The notes under the pieces are model-generated. The model had not been told where the DNA came from. It saw only the letters and a list, made by a program, of their open reading frames with translations, and ran no database searches. Of a stretch of DNA of 64,000 nt, positions 25,063 through 34,440 are shown piece after piece. The position numbers and the translations under genes were made by a program. The first letter of the stretch is position 1. Each line of letters begins with the position of its first letter. This stretch comes from Leidyana gryllorum EB-2025a (lineage: Eukaryota; Protista; Apicomplexa): positions 248,001 to 312,000 of the forward strand of contig JBLWGC010000043.1 in the NCBI GenBank assembly GCA_048772705.1, read 5' to 3'.

Positions 25063-27946
25063 TTAGGATTGACTACCTCCTGTAACCTGCAAAATGAGTC
25101 CTACGCCTACGGGACTGTGGTCGGACCCCAATATTGGGTCTGCGTCGAGCTGGTGTCAGGTCCAAACCCATCAAGTACTCACTGCCTGGCATGAGAATGT
25201 CTGCTGCCTTGTAGGTGCCCTTAATGAAGTACAACCTGCTATTTCCTTTGTTATTCGAGCACATCAGAACTCGATCCGTCCACTATAGATAGAAGCCGTC
25301 GCGTCAATATGAGGTATCCAATCCCGGGCTTACTGCTGGCGTCCTGTCTTTCACTCGCCCGCCCTTGTACCACTGTTGCTTGTGACGCACGCTGTACTCC
25401 GAGACGACCCAGTCCTTTGCCACTCGGCAAATGGTTCCTCGATCTGCGCACACCGCATCTCTCAACCGCCAGTCGACTTACTCTTGACCTTCTTGTAGGT
25501 TGGGTAGAATGTGATGGGCAGCTCGCAAAAGCCGTCCACCGCCAGGTCCTCGGACCAAATTGAGTCTGTTATCTCATCAAATCGCAGTAACGCGCCGAGT
25601 TGATGCTTAAGCAATAGGTGGGCTGCGAAGAGGAGATGTGTGTGTCTTTGTGTCTCTCTGCCAAATTGGGAGCCAACGAACCCGCGATAGAAGGTTTGAT
25701 CTCTCGTAGGCGGAAGTTGAAATCTCCGCACCAGATGATATGGCTCGCAGCTTCACGTAGTTCCTTTACATTCAACCAGTCATTGCAAATTCGTCGTCGA
25801 ATTAACTGTCGTGAAACTTCGCGGGCTTCCGGGTTAGCTGGGGTCAGGTGACATCCGATCACCAATAGGGGCACCGAATTGTATTCAGCCAACACCGCCA
25901 CCGCTCCTTTGGAACCGTTGAGCCGGTCTATTGGGAAAGGGAAAATTGAAGCGAAGCAAAGGTAGGAAAGGAAGGGAAGGGAAGGAAGGGAAGGAAGGAA
26001 GGAAGGGAGGAAGAAAGGATGGGAAAGGATAGGATAGGATAGGATAAGGAAAGCAAAGGAAATGCCCTCAGCCACTCACTGAACGAATAAGTATAGGAAT
26101 CACGAATTTGGAATTTGGTGAGATCAGACCGTACAATACAAATCATCATGGTCGATTTCGATGCCATGTGAGCTCCGTCACCTGCAGATAGTGTGTCAGT
26201 TTCTCTTCGATTTTCACCGACCTCGTCCGGATATTCGCCAATTTGGTATGTTGTGCAGAGTGTATGCACGGGGATTAATACGTGTGCAGAAGGCGCACAA
26301 AACTTCGCCCACTCGGAGCGCCACACATTCTTGTAGACAAATGAAATAGACGTCGTAATTGGGTTCTGAAAGGGGGCGGGCAGCGATCGATGGAGACTGT
26401 CTATGTGAGTCTCTCACGGATCCAAGAGGACAGATGTCCCAAGATATCGATCTCATCAGGGTACACATCTTCTTCTGGGGCATTCCTCAGACGGTTAGTG
26501 ACTCTTCGAGCAAAGTTGACAGGCGGTGCCAATTTCTCGGGAGATGAAAATTGTTGACGGGGCGGCGTGACCATTGGGCTGCTGGAAGTTCCGACGACTG
26601 CGCCCAGAGACTCCGTCATTCAACTGTCATCAAAGATATTATTACCGGAATGTCGACGCCTGCCGAGGTGGAGAATACGTCGAGCACGCGTCGGCTGGGC
26701 GAGATCACCCCGATCCAATTCTCGACTAAATCTGTGCGAATCCCTTTGAGTCTCGGCGGAAACTGCTGTGTGTGAACTCACGTTTCCGGTTGAGGGCAGT
26801 CGGTTTCCTCTTCTCCGTCTGAGGAAGAAGCACTGGAGTCGCCATAGTGGGTACTCAAATTATCGAATATGGATAATCCATCATCGGAGCTGAGAGGAGT
26901 GTCACCGGGACACGTGTCCAAGAGGGTGGAGCGGCGTTGTACGGGACTGCAAGTGGGTTGCTTGTGTGAGTCCACGAATCGCGATCGTAATGTTGATGCT
27001 ATAGGAGTCCCAACGTTGGCAGCAGCGATCGCTAGTCGATGGGTTGGGTCCGATTCAATCTTTGGCCGAGGCGTGGATGGGCCGACGGCAGGTATATCGT
27101 GGGGATCGTTTGGCATTGAAGGCGTAGACAGCAGGAAGGATCGTTGGCTAATATGTATACACTCTGTGTTCCAGGTGCCCATGAAGATTTTCAGTGACTC
27201 AGTGTCAGCGGGTTTGGAATCTTGAGAAATCGACAAGGCCGCGCTCTCCGCAACCATCAAGCTGTGACGGCTTCCGCGACTGGATCTCCGCAGAGATGCC
27301 CCATTGAGGATACTCCCACCATTGGGGACAGCTGAACTAGGGGCCAGGCGCGGAGTGGCAGGAGCTGGGTATACCGCCCCATTGGGAGGCAGGTTCAATT
27401 TTGGAACGTACGGATAGGGCGCCTTGGTTGGATACACGCTCAGCAACGGAACACTCTCGACGAGCTGCAAGGTGTCGTTTTAACGCGGGGTGGGTGTACA
27501 AAATGTCCGATCTCACTCTGATGTTTCTGGGACTATTCATCCTCGTCGTCCACCTGGATCTTTCTGACGTTCAATTTCTGTCTTCGTCGGTGAATTTCCG
27601 AGTGTACCATATTCTGTCACAACAATATCTTTACAGTCTGCGCGTTTGCCTTTTAGAAGTACCTTGAAACTAGACTCATCTAAATCATAGTTGAACCACT
27701 GGCTGACGTCGTACTGCTGTTGTTGAGTACCCTGTTTATCCTGCTTCGCCAGCCGCCGTCTGGCCTGGTCCTGCTCTGGGTAGTTCATGACCAGCTCCAG
27801 GCTCGCCTCATCCTCCACTTGTTGCCTCGCGACGATGGTCTGCCAATAGTTGTTGACAAGACAAACCAAACCAAACCCTCTGCTGTTACCTCGTCGAATG
27901 ACGCCACAGGGCTGTCAGATAGCTGAGATAGATGGTCGTCAGCCAT
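25063..27946 (-). CDS. Inositol polyphosphate 5-phosphatase (EEP fold), multi-exon
   Basis: Motifs in order: KIFMGTWN, YDVYFICLQE, GSKGAVAV, IGCHL, IIWCGDFNFRL, ITFYPTYK, WTDRVL, GSDHSPV. Probable ATG 27946 (MADDHLSQ) and TAA at 25063-25065. Confidence 0.88.
25960..26062. repeat. Polypurine/polypyrimidine (GGAA)n/(GATAG)n microsatellite inside an intron of about 150 nt in the 5-phosphatase gene
   Basis: gaagggaagggaaggaagggaaggaaggaaggaaggg...ggataggataggatagg. On the - strand it lies between donor gtgagtgg (about 26078) and acceptor ...ccaatag (about 25928). Confidence 0.85.
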
Positions 27947-27973
27947 ACTTCGTCTCTAAAAATTCGTGTTGCA

Positions 27974-28965
27974 ATGGAGGCTGCTGGAGAAGTGCCTGCT
28001 ACGACGGACGTCCTCCGCCAAGAGTGAGCAGTCCATTACTCTTCATCATTTGCTCCCCAGTCCAACCCCACAGGCAATTGAGGCGTACGATGAGCAAATG
28101 CTCTCAGTAGCTGACGCCCAAGACCCAGCATATAATGCCACCAGCACCAATGAGGCTGGTTATCATACAGGAGAGGCGGCGGGCGAACAGTTAGTGGCGG
28201 ACCACATGCTCGACGCGGAGGTAGCACGGCTTCATGAGATGACGGCAGACGCCAAAACGCATGAAGATGAACCGACGGATAACCCAATGGGACAAGAGGG
28301 TGAAGAACCTCAAGAGGATGACGGAGATGATGAAGTCAACAAACGAAGCGTCTATGTTGGCAATGTAAGTTCCTATCTACGTACGTGATGATGAGACAGC
28401 GAGTTGGCACCTGTGAATGATGAAGACCATCAAATCAGAATGATTGTTGGACTTGGCATTTTTTAGGTGGACTACGGGTCGACTCCCCAAGAACTCCAAG
28501 AGCATTTCAGTAATTGCGGGAAGATCTTCCGCGTCACGATCATGGTGGATAAGTACACAGGACACCCTAAAGGATTCGCATACATTGAATTCGCGGATGT
28601 AGCCGCTGCAAACAACGCTCTAATGCTTTCTAATACAACTTTGCGCGGGCGGCAAATCAAGGTAAGACCACACAGAGATCCTACATACACATACACAACT
28701 AAATTCAAGGTCTGCCTGAAGCGAAAGAATATTGCTGGCATGACTCGGGGGCGGGGCTTCCCAGGGAGAGCGCGAGGACGAGGAGCAATGTATTATGGAG
28801 CAGCTCCTTTCGCTGTGGCTCCGCCGTTTATGCCCGGCAGAGGGTAAGATCCAACCTTCCCCTCCTTACATACGACTTGCACGCAGGTTTGCTGCAGGAA
28901 GAGCGGGCTATGGTCCCCGTTTCCGCGGCCGGGTAGCACGGCGACCACGGGGAGCGCCGTACTGA
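27974..28965 (+). CDS. PABPN1: Nuclear poly(A)-binding protein 2 (PABPN1-like): acidic N-terminus, one RRM, RG-rich tail
   Basis: RSVYVGNV|DYGSTPQELQEHFSNCG, RVTIMVDKYTGHPKGFAYIEF, LRGRQIKV..KRKNIAG, RG-rich end ...RRPRGAPY. TGA at 28963-28965. Four short introns. Confidence 0.85.
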
Positions 28966-29050
28966 CCGACTACTAGCGAGCGTTCTCACATTAGTCACTA
29001 CCGTCAAACCTATGCCGAAATGTTAGTATGCAATGAAGGTACATAGACAT

Positions 29051-29245
29051 TTAGTTAGCAAGGATCAGGCGGACGCGCAGCGAGCAACTGGGGCACTCGA
29101 ATATACGCTGACCCTCTTTCATCTCCTGGTCTGTAAATGAAAAGATGTCACCACATGGACACTCGTATAAGTATCTGCCTGACTCCTCGTCATACGTCCA
29201 TTCTTCCAACGGCACCTCCTTGTAAACGCGGTCCTCGCCACTCAT
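29051..29245 (-). CDS. DPH3: Diphthamide biosynthesis protein 3 (CSL zinc finger)
   Basis: YKEVPLEEW...YLYECPCGDIF...FECPSCSLRVRL matches the DPH3/KTI11 CSL finger. ATG at 29245. Confidence 0.9.
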   Translation of the reverse strand: MSGEDRVYKEVPLEEWTYDEESGRYLYECPCGDIFSFTDQEMKEGQRIFECPSCSLRVRLILAN

Positions 29246-29269
29246 CTTCACCTCCACTTTTTTTTGGCC

Positions 29270-29983
29270 ATGTCAGTCGTCAATTTGCTCATATCCACTC
29301 AAACAGGCACGCGATGTCTTAAATACCCTCTCAAGACGAGATATATACAGTATAATGACATATACGACTATCTACAAACCAAACTCGAGCCCGATGCCAT
29401 CCCCCCTTCCCCTCGACTCATCCTGAATGGTCGAGAGTTGCGGAATGAAGATCCGCCCTTGGAACCCGAAACCCACTCTGACTTTCTATCAGTGCAGATC
29501 GTCTCACGCCTCCTCGGAGGTAAAGGTGGTTTTGGCACTCTGCTCCGTGGGAAAGGAGCTCGAGGACCCAAGACCAGCAACTTCGAGAGTTCACGTGATC
29601 TGCAGGGAAGACGTCTGAGAGTCGCAAGGGCTCCTGACCGTATGCGCCAGTGGGTTGAGAAGAAAGTCAGAGAACACGAAGTCATCAAAGCTGTCGGTGG
29701 GGAAGACCCCTTCATTGGAAAATCCCTATCTGCCGAAGAAGTGGTGCGACTGTACAAGTTAGTCATCACTGAAGAAAGCCATAACCCTTTCGAACAATTT
29801 GATGAGATAGCGGGCTATCAAGCCGCGGTGCGCTCCGACGCCATGCAGGCAGCCAAGGAATCTTTGAAGGAAATAAAAAGAGGGAACAACTCGCCTGTCG
29901 CTGAACAGAGCGAAGCCAAATTACTCAATGCTCATGAGCAACATCTTGACTCCTATCTAGAGGATATGAGTGAGCTACTCTAG
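29270..29983 (+). CDS. SDE2: SDE2-like ubiquitin-fold splicing/replication-stress regulator
   Basis: N-terminal ubiquitin-like part ends RLLGG|KGGFGTLLR, followed by TSNFESSRDLQGRRLR, the Sde2 signature. ATG at 29270. Confidence 0.88.
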   Translation: MSVVNLLISTQTGTRCLKYPLKTRYIQYNDIYDYLQTKLEPDAIPPSPRLILNGRELRNEDPPLEPETHSDFLSVQIVSRLLGGKGGFGTLLRGKGARGPKTSNFESSRDLQGRRLRVARAPDRMRQWVEKKVREHEVIKAVGGEDPFIGKSLSAEEVVRLYKLVITEESHNPFEQFDEIAGYQAAVRSDAMQAAKESLKEIKRGNNSPVAEQSEAKLLNAHEQHLDSYLEDMSELL

Positions 29984-30130
29984 TTATGAAATTCGTGGTA
30001 AACCACATTGTAGTGACTGCGAATAGCGATAAAACACATAGATAATACAAACGATATGGCGATCAACTGACAATGCAGATACGATGAGGGACGATCCGGT
30101 CCAATGTGAATTGTCCTCAAATAATCGCTT

Positions 30131-30895
30131 TCACTGAATCTGAACATGCGCTCTGAAGTTGATAGGATCTGATCCCGATAAGCTCCCGCTCGTAATGGTG
30201 ATGCCTGGAGGAGAAGTGGCAGCTGGGCGAGTGAGTCCAACAATTTCCGCACTATTTATCCCAGATCCGGCCAGAAGTTGTCCAAGGCTAGATGGTGGGG
30301 GAACTGATGTGCCCGCTGCTGGCGCCAGCAGAGAATTGAATCTGCCTGCTCTGCGAGTCACGGGGGGGAAATATAGTTCGGTAGCAGGAGTTGGCTCAAC
30401 ATCAACCTGCCAAGAGTTGCCAAGAATTTCTTGAACAAAGCTTTCAGTGGGCTGTAGATTCAGGTAACTTGACGGGAGAGGACGGGGAGGGAAACGTGGA
30501 TTAATCATCGAGGACTGACTCAAATATGTGTTCAATTGGGCTCCTGACGCGGGTGGGATGAGCGGAATGGCGTTTGGGGGAGGTCCAATCCTTGGATCGA
30601 ACCACGCCAGATTGGGGATTCCCGGGTTCGGGCCACGAGGGAAAGGGAGAGGCAAGGTGCGGCGAGCCAGAACCGGATTCACCACAGGCATCACAGACGG
30701 AATGCGTAAAAAGCCAAAATCAGGCTGTTGCGCTCCCCACGCACCCCATGCCGCTTGCACAGGATCTGCATTGAATGGCAAATATGGTCTGACAACGGCC
30801 GCCGCCCCAATTGGCCCAGCTATATTCGCAGTTGGGCTGACCGTCTTCTTCGCTGAGGCCGTCCATACGTAGAAGCCCAATATGAGAGCCAACAT
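30131..30895 (-). CDS. Predicted secreted Pro/Ala/Gly-rich orphan protein (about 254 aa)
   Basis: Single ORF. The ATG at 30895 gives a signal-peptide-like MLALILGFYVWTASA followed by low-complexity Pro-rich sequence. Confidence 0.6.
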   Translation of the reverse strand: MLALILGFYVWTASAKKTVSPTANIAGPIGAAAVVRPYLPFNADPVQAAWGAWGAQQPDFGFLRIPSVMPVVNPVLARRTLPLPFPRGPNPGIPNLAWFDPRIGPPPNAIPLIPPASGAQLNTYLSQSSMINPRFPPRPLPSSYLNLQPTESFVQEILGNSWQVDVEPTPATELYFPPVTRRAGRFNSLLAPAAGTSVPPPSSLGQLLAGSGINSAEIVGLTRPAATSPPGITITSGSLSGSDPINFRAHVQIQ

Positions 30896-31041
30896 GAACG
30901 TGTGGTGTTGTGTCTCGTTGTGCTCGTTGTGCTCGATCTTTTTTTTTGTACGCTTTTTGGGCTCACAACGGCGGGGTAGGACCCATATCGAGTAAGTGGA
31001 GTACGCTTTCCGGCGCATAGCCATTGCAGGGCACCAACAAA

Positions 31042-31657
31042 ATGGGGAAGAACTACAGAAACAAATCCAAGACTGCCCGTAAGCCCAAGAGGCCCTTCGA
31101 GAAGGAGCGTCTCGAGGCTGAGATGAAACTGGTTGGCGAGTACGGCCTTAAGAACAAGAGAGAAGTATGGAGGGTTCAACTTGTGTTGGCCAAAATCCGT
31201 GCTGCTGCACGTCATCTGCTCACTCTTGAGCCCACCGACCCCAAAAGAATCTTCCAAGGTAGGGAATGTAAATTAAGCTCCATGGAATCGTCCAACAGGA
31301 ACTGCTCTCTTGCGACGTATGGTTAGACTCGGCCTCCTTGCCGAATCCGAGCAGAAGCTCGATTACGTCTTGGGTCTCACTATCTCCAAGTTGATGGAGC
31401 GTCGTCTGCAGACTCGCGTATTCAAGCTTGGTGTGGCGAAGTCCATCCACCATGCCCGTGTGTTGATCCGTCAACGTCACATCCGCATCGGCAAGCAGGT
31501 CGTCAACGTGCCTTCCTTCATGGTCCGTGTGGATTCTGACAAGCACATCGATTTCGCTCTGACTTCGCCCTTCGGTGGTGGCAGACCCGGTCGTGTGCGC
31601 AGACGTGTCCTCCGTAACCGCGCCGGTGGTGACGATGATGCCGCTGACGAAGAGTAG
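31042..31657 (+). CDS. RPS9: 40S ribosomal protein S9 (uS4)
   Basis: [24 protein letters not shown]...[11 protein letters not shown]...[16 protein letters not shown]...[13 protein letters not shown]. One 40-nt intron at 31259-31298. Confidence 0.97.
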
Positions 31658-31704
31658 ACGTTTATGGACCTCGTTAACTTGTGCTCTCCGCCTCGAACAG
31701 CTCG

Positions 31705-33648
31705 TTAGAAAAGTTCACCTGAACGCTTGTATTGACCTCCGGCAGATGCAGCTGTACCAGCGGCAACATGCATTGCCGCCCATCTCCTCCCACTCGGAGG
31801 CATCATGACACCTAACTCGTTGGGATGCAGGGCAGGGTTTGTTGAAGGGGTAAAGACAGAGCTGTCGTGGTACATTTCCTGGCTGGGGCCTAGTTCCGCA
31901 CGAGCGCTGGACAGTGTCTGGATCCACTGGTCTACGACGGATGGGTCGTCGGAAGAGAACACCCAGTACGTCAGCGGAATATTGTCATGGTACCTAACTA
32001 CCTCAAAGCCGAAAGAGCCTTTGTTTTGCTTGAGGAGTCGACCGACAGGGGAAATGGGGTTGGTCAAGGGGGTGATGACACATTCTGCTAACGGGATGAT
32101 GCACTCCGGAGGCTGAAGATACGTTTCGTTTTCCATCTTTGGAGGCTGTAGTAGTGTTGCGTGTGTGAAGGAGGTGCCCTTGTGATTGACGTAGAATGGA
32201 TTCTGTTCGGCCTGTATGGTATTCGTCGTCGGAGGATCAAGCTTGTACACCGCAAGTAAGCCCTGGTGGTACAAAGCCAAACGAACCAAATCCCATTGTG
32301 GATGGAAAGTATCGATACGTTGAAGCAGTCCACTGACAACTGGAGCACACGTGAAAGGAACAAATTTTCTATGAACTTACTGGGATTCTCTGTAAGACTC
32401 CAATAGGGGAGTGTTGCCTGCAGACTGCGCACGCTCTGGGAGCACTAATAGGTGACACCAGGAATCGAGACGTACCGGATTCAACGGCAGACCAGTGAGA
32501 TCGGCCAGGCGTTGACTGGAGCGTAAATCCAAAATGCCTTCCCCCTTGGCTGCCATTGTAGCTTCGTCCATGTTGATCCGACCGAACGCTGTTTCCCGTA
32601 AATAATCTTTAACTAGTCTTTCCGCGTCTGCCACCAACTCCCGCATACGACCAAAGGTCTTCTGACATCGCTGCGGCCGATCTCACGAGGACACTGCGGT
32701 GGTAACTCACCGCTTCCAAGGCTTCGGTGGCGCCCTTGCTCGCATCTAAGGCATGGAGGTCGTCAGAGGCTGCGTTTTCAAGTGCCTTCTTGGCCGCTAC
32801 ATATGCGTTCACCCCCGCCATATGATGTCGGTGGCCCAACCCGATCACCCGTTCGAGCATTGCAATCCGATCATTCAAGGGCCTTTCATGCACTGACAAG
32901 GCTTCCTTGGCATCACTGCAAGACGTATGTTGCGCTCACTGCGAACTCACCCCAGAATTTGCTGTTCATTTGAGCTAAGAGCAGCGAGGGACGCGACGAA
33001 TCGATTGCGAATGTCCCCCAACCATGACTTCAGTATCTGAGACGGGATGTACACAGAGACGAGGGTCGGTCGTACCTCTTGGGCGGTTAGCAGTCGAGCA
33101 ATATAGACTTTCTTCTCTTCACTCAGCACTAAGTTCGCTTCATGTGCTTCAAAGTATCCTTCATTGATTGTTTGGCCTGTTTTCGATAGGGAATCTGTCT
33201 TTGCCTTTGTCTCTGTCCTGATCTGATGGGCAGCTTCGGAAACTGCGAGCACGGTGCCATGGGATGCATGTTCCTGCTTGCCAGGCATAAGTGGAGCATA
33301 CCGACATTTCGGGCAGGCATGAGTTGCTTCATATACTGCAGCTGGTACCGGATCCAGAGTGTATTCGGCGGTCGAGAACTGCCTATTCGTCGCTGTTTGA
33401 GATGGCCGCTTCTGCTCGGCGTCTGCAGAGGCTGGGACGTCCAACGGATTTATTTTGTGCGTGATCGGGTGCGCTTCGCGGATAAAGCAATTCTGACACA
33501 ATATAGCTGAGCAATCATCACACGTAATGATGGCAGGCAAAATTAGACAACGCTGACATTTCCTCGCTTCAGGACGCACAACGAGACGGGGTTGTTTGCC
33601 AGGATCACGCCCTAAAGGATCTTCGGACAGCTCCCACTGGGATGGCAT
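31705..33648 (-). CDS. B-box zinc finger / coiled-coil / C-terminal PH-like domain protein, multi-exon
   Basis: CQRC...CDDCSAILCQNCFIREAHPITH (B-box-like), a helical middle, and a C-terminal ECIIPLAECVI...FGFEV...WVFSSDDPSVVDQWIQTL (PH-like terminal Trp helix). The start at 33648 is inferred. Confidence 0.6.
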
Positions 33649-33668
33649 CGACTGCACACACGTGCGAA

Positions 33669-34397
33669 TCACGCAAAAATGGCTGCCACCTGAGCAAACA
33701 CCTCCTCCCGTGAACGATCGGCACACACTCGGCGAACCTTGCCCTGCTTCTCAAAGTGCTGACGGACCGACATGTGAACGATTTGGATGGAAACTCACCT
33801 CTACTATTGGGAGTGTCTCCTGCAGGAATGTGCGGAATCGTTTCCTGATGGATTCCGCGTTGTCATCTGCAAGGAAGTATAAACAGTGAACCGACTTGTC
33901 GTCTCACCAGAACGGCCGGATGATTGCCCTCGCAAAAGAAGGCGCTTCTCCATAACATCTTCCGGACAGTCAAATACCAGGCACATAGAAACATTGACAT
34001 CCGCCTGTTCTACGAGCTGACCCGTTATTCGAACATTACTCACCCCACAAGCCTTATTCCACCCATCCAGGTTGTTTTCATTCCGGGGGAAGCCGTCAAT
34101 CAGGAATTTACCACCGTCCCAGCCCAACGACTCCATCTTCTGACGGAGGAGGGCACATGTGACTTCTACAGGGACGATTGTCCCTTCGCGAATGTGTGTC
34201 TCGATCATCTCGCCATATGTAGAATCAGGCCGTCCTCGTTCCTCCCTCAAGCAATCACCGGCACTGATATGATGGTATAGGAATTTCTGGGCGATCAGCT
34301 GGCATTGTGTTCCTTTCCCGGCACCTGGACCACCGAGTACAAAAATGACCTCGGGCTTGGCAGGGGATGTGGCTGGTGTATCACTCCGGACGGTCAT
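33669..34397 (-). CDS. CMPK: UMP-CMP kinase (adenylate kinase family)
   Basis: VIFVLGGPGAGKGTQC, HISAGDCLREE, GTIVPVEVT, FLIDGFPRN, GRS|DDNAESIRKRF. ATG at 34397, TGA at 33669-33671, short introns. Confidence 0.93.
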
Positions 34398-34440
34398 ATT
34401 CCTGGCTGAAATCTTTTTACACTCGTGCAGGGAGACGTAG

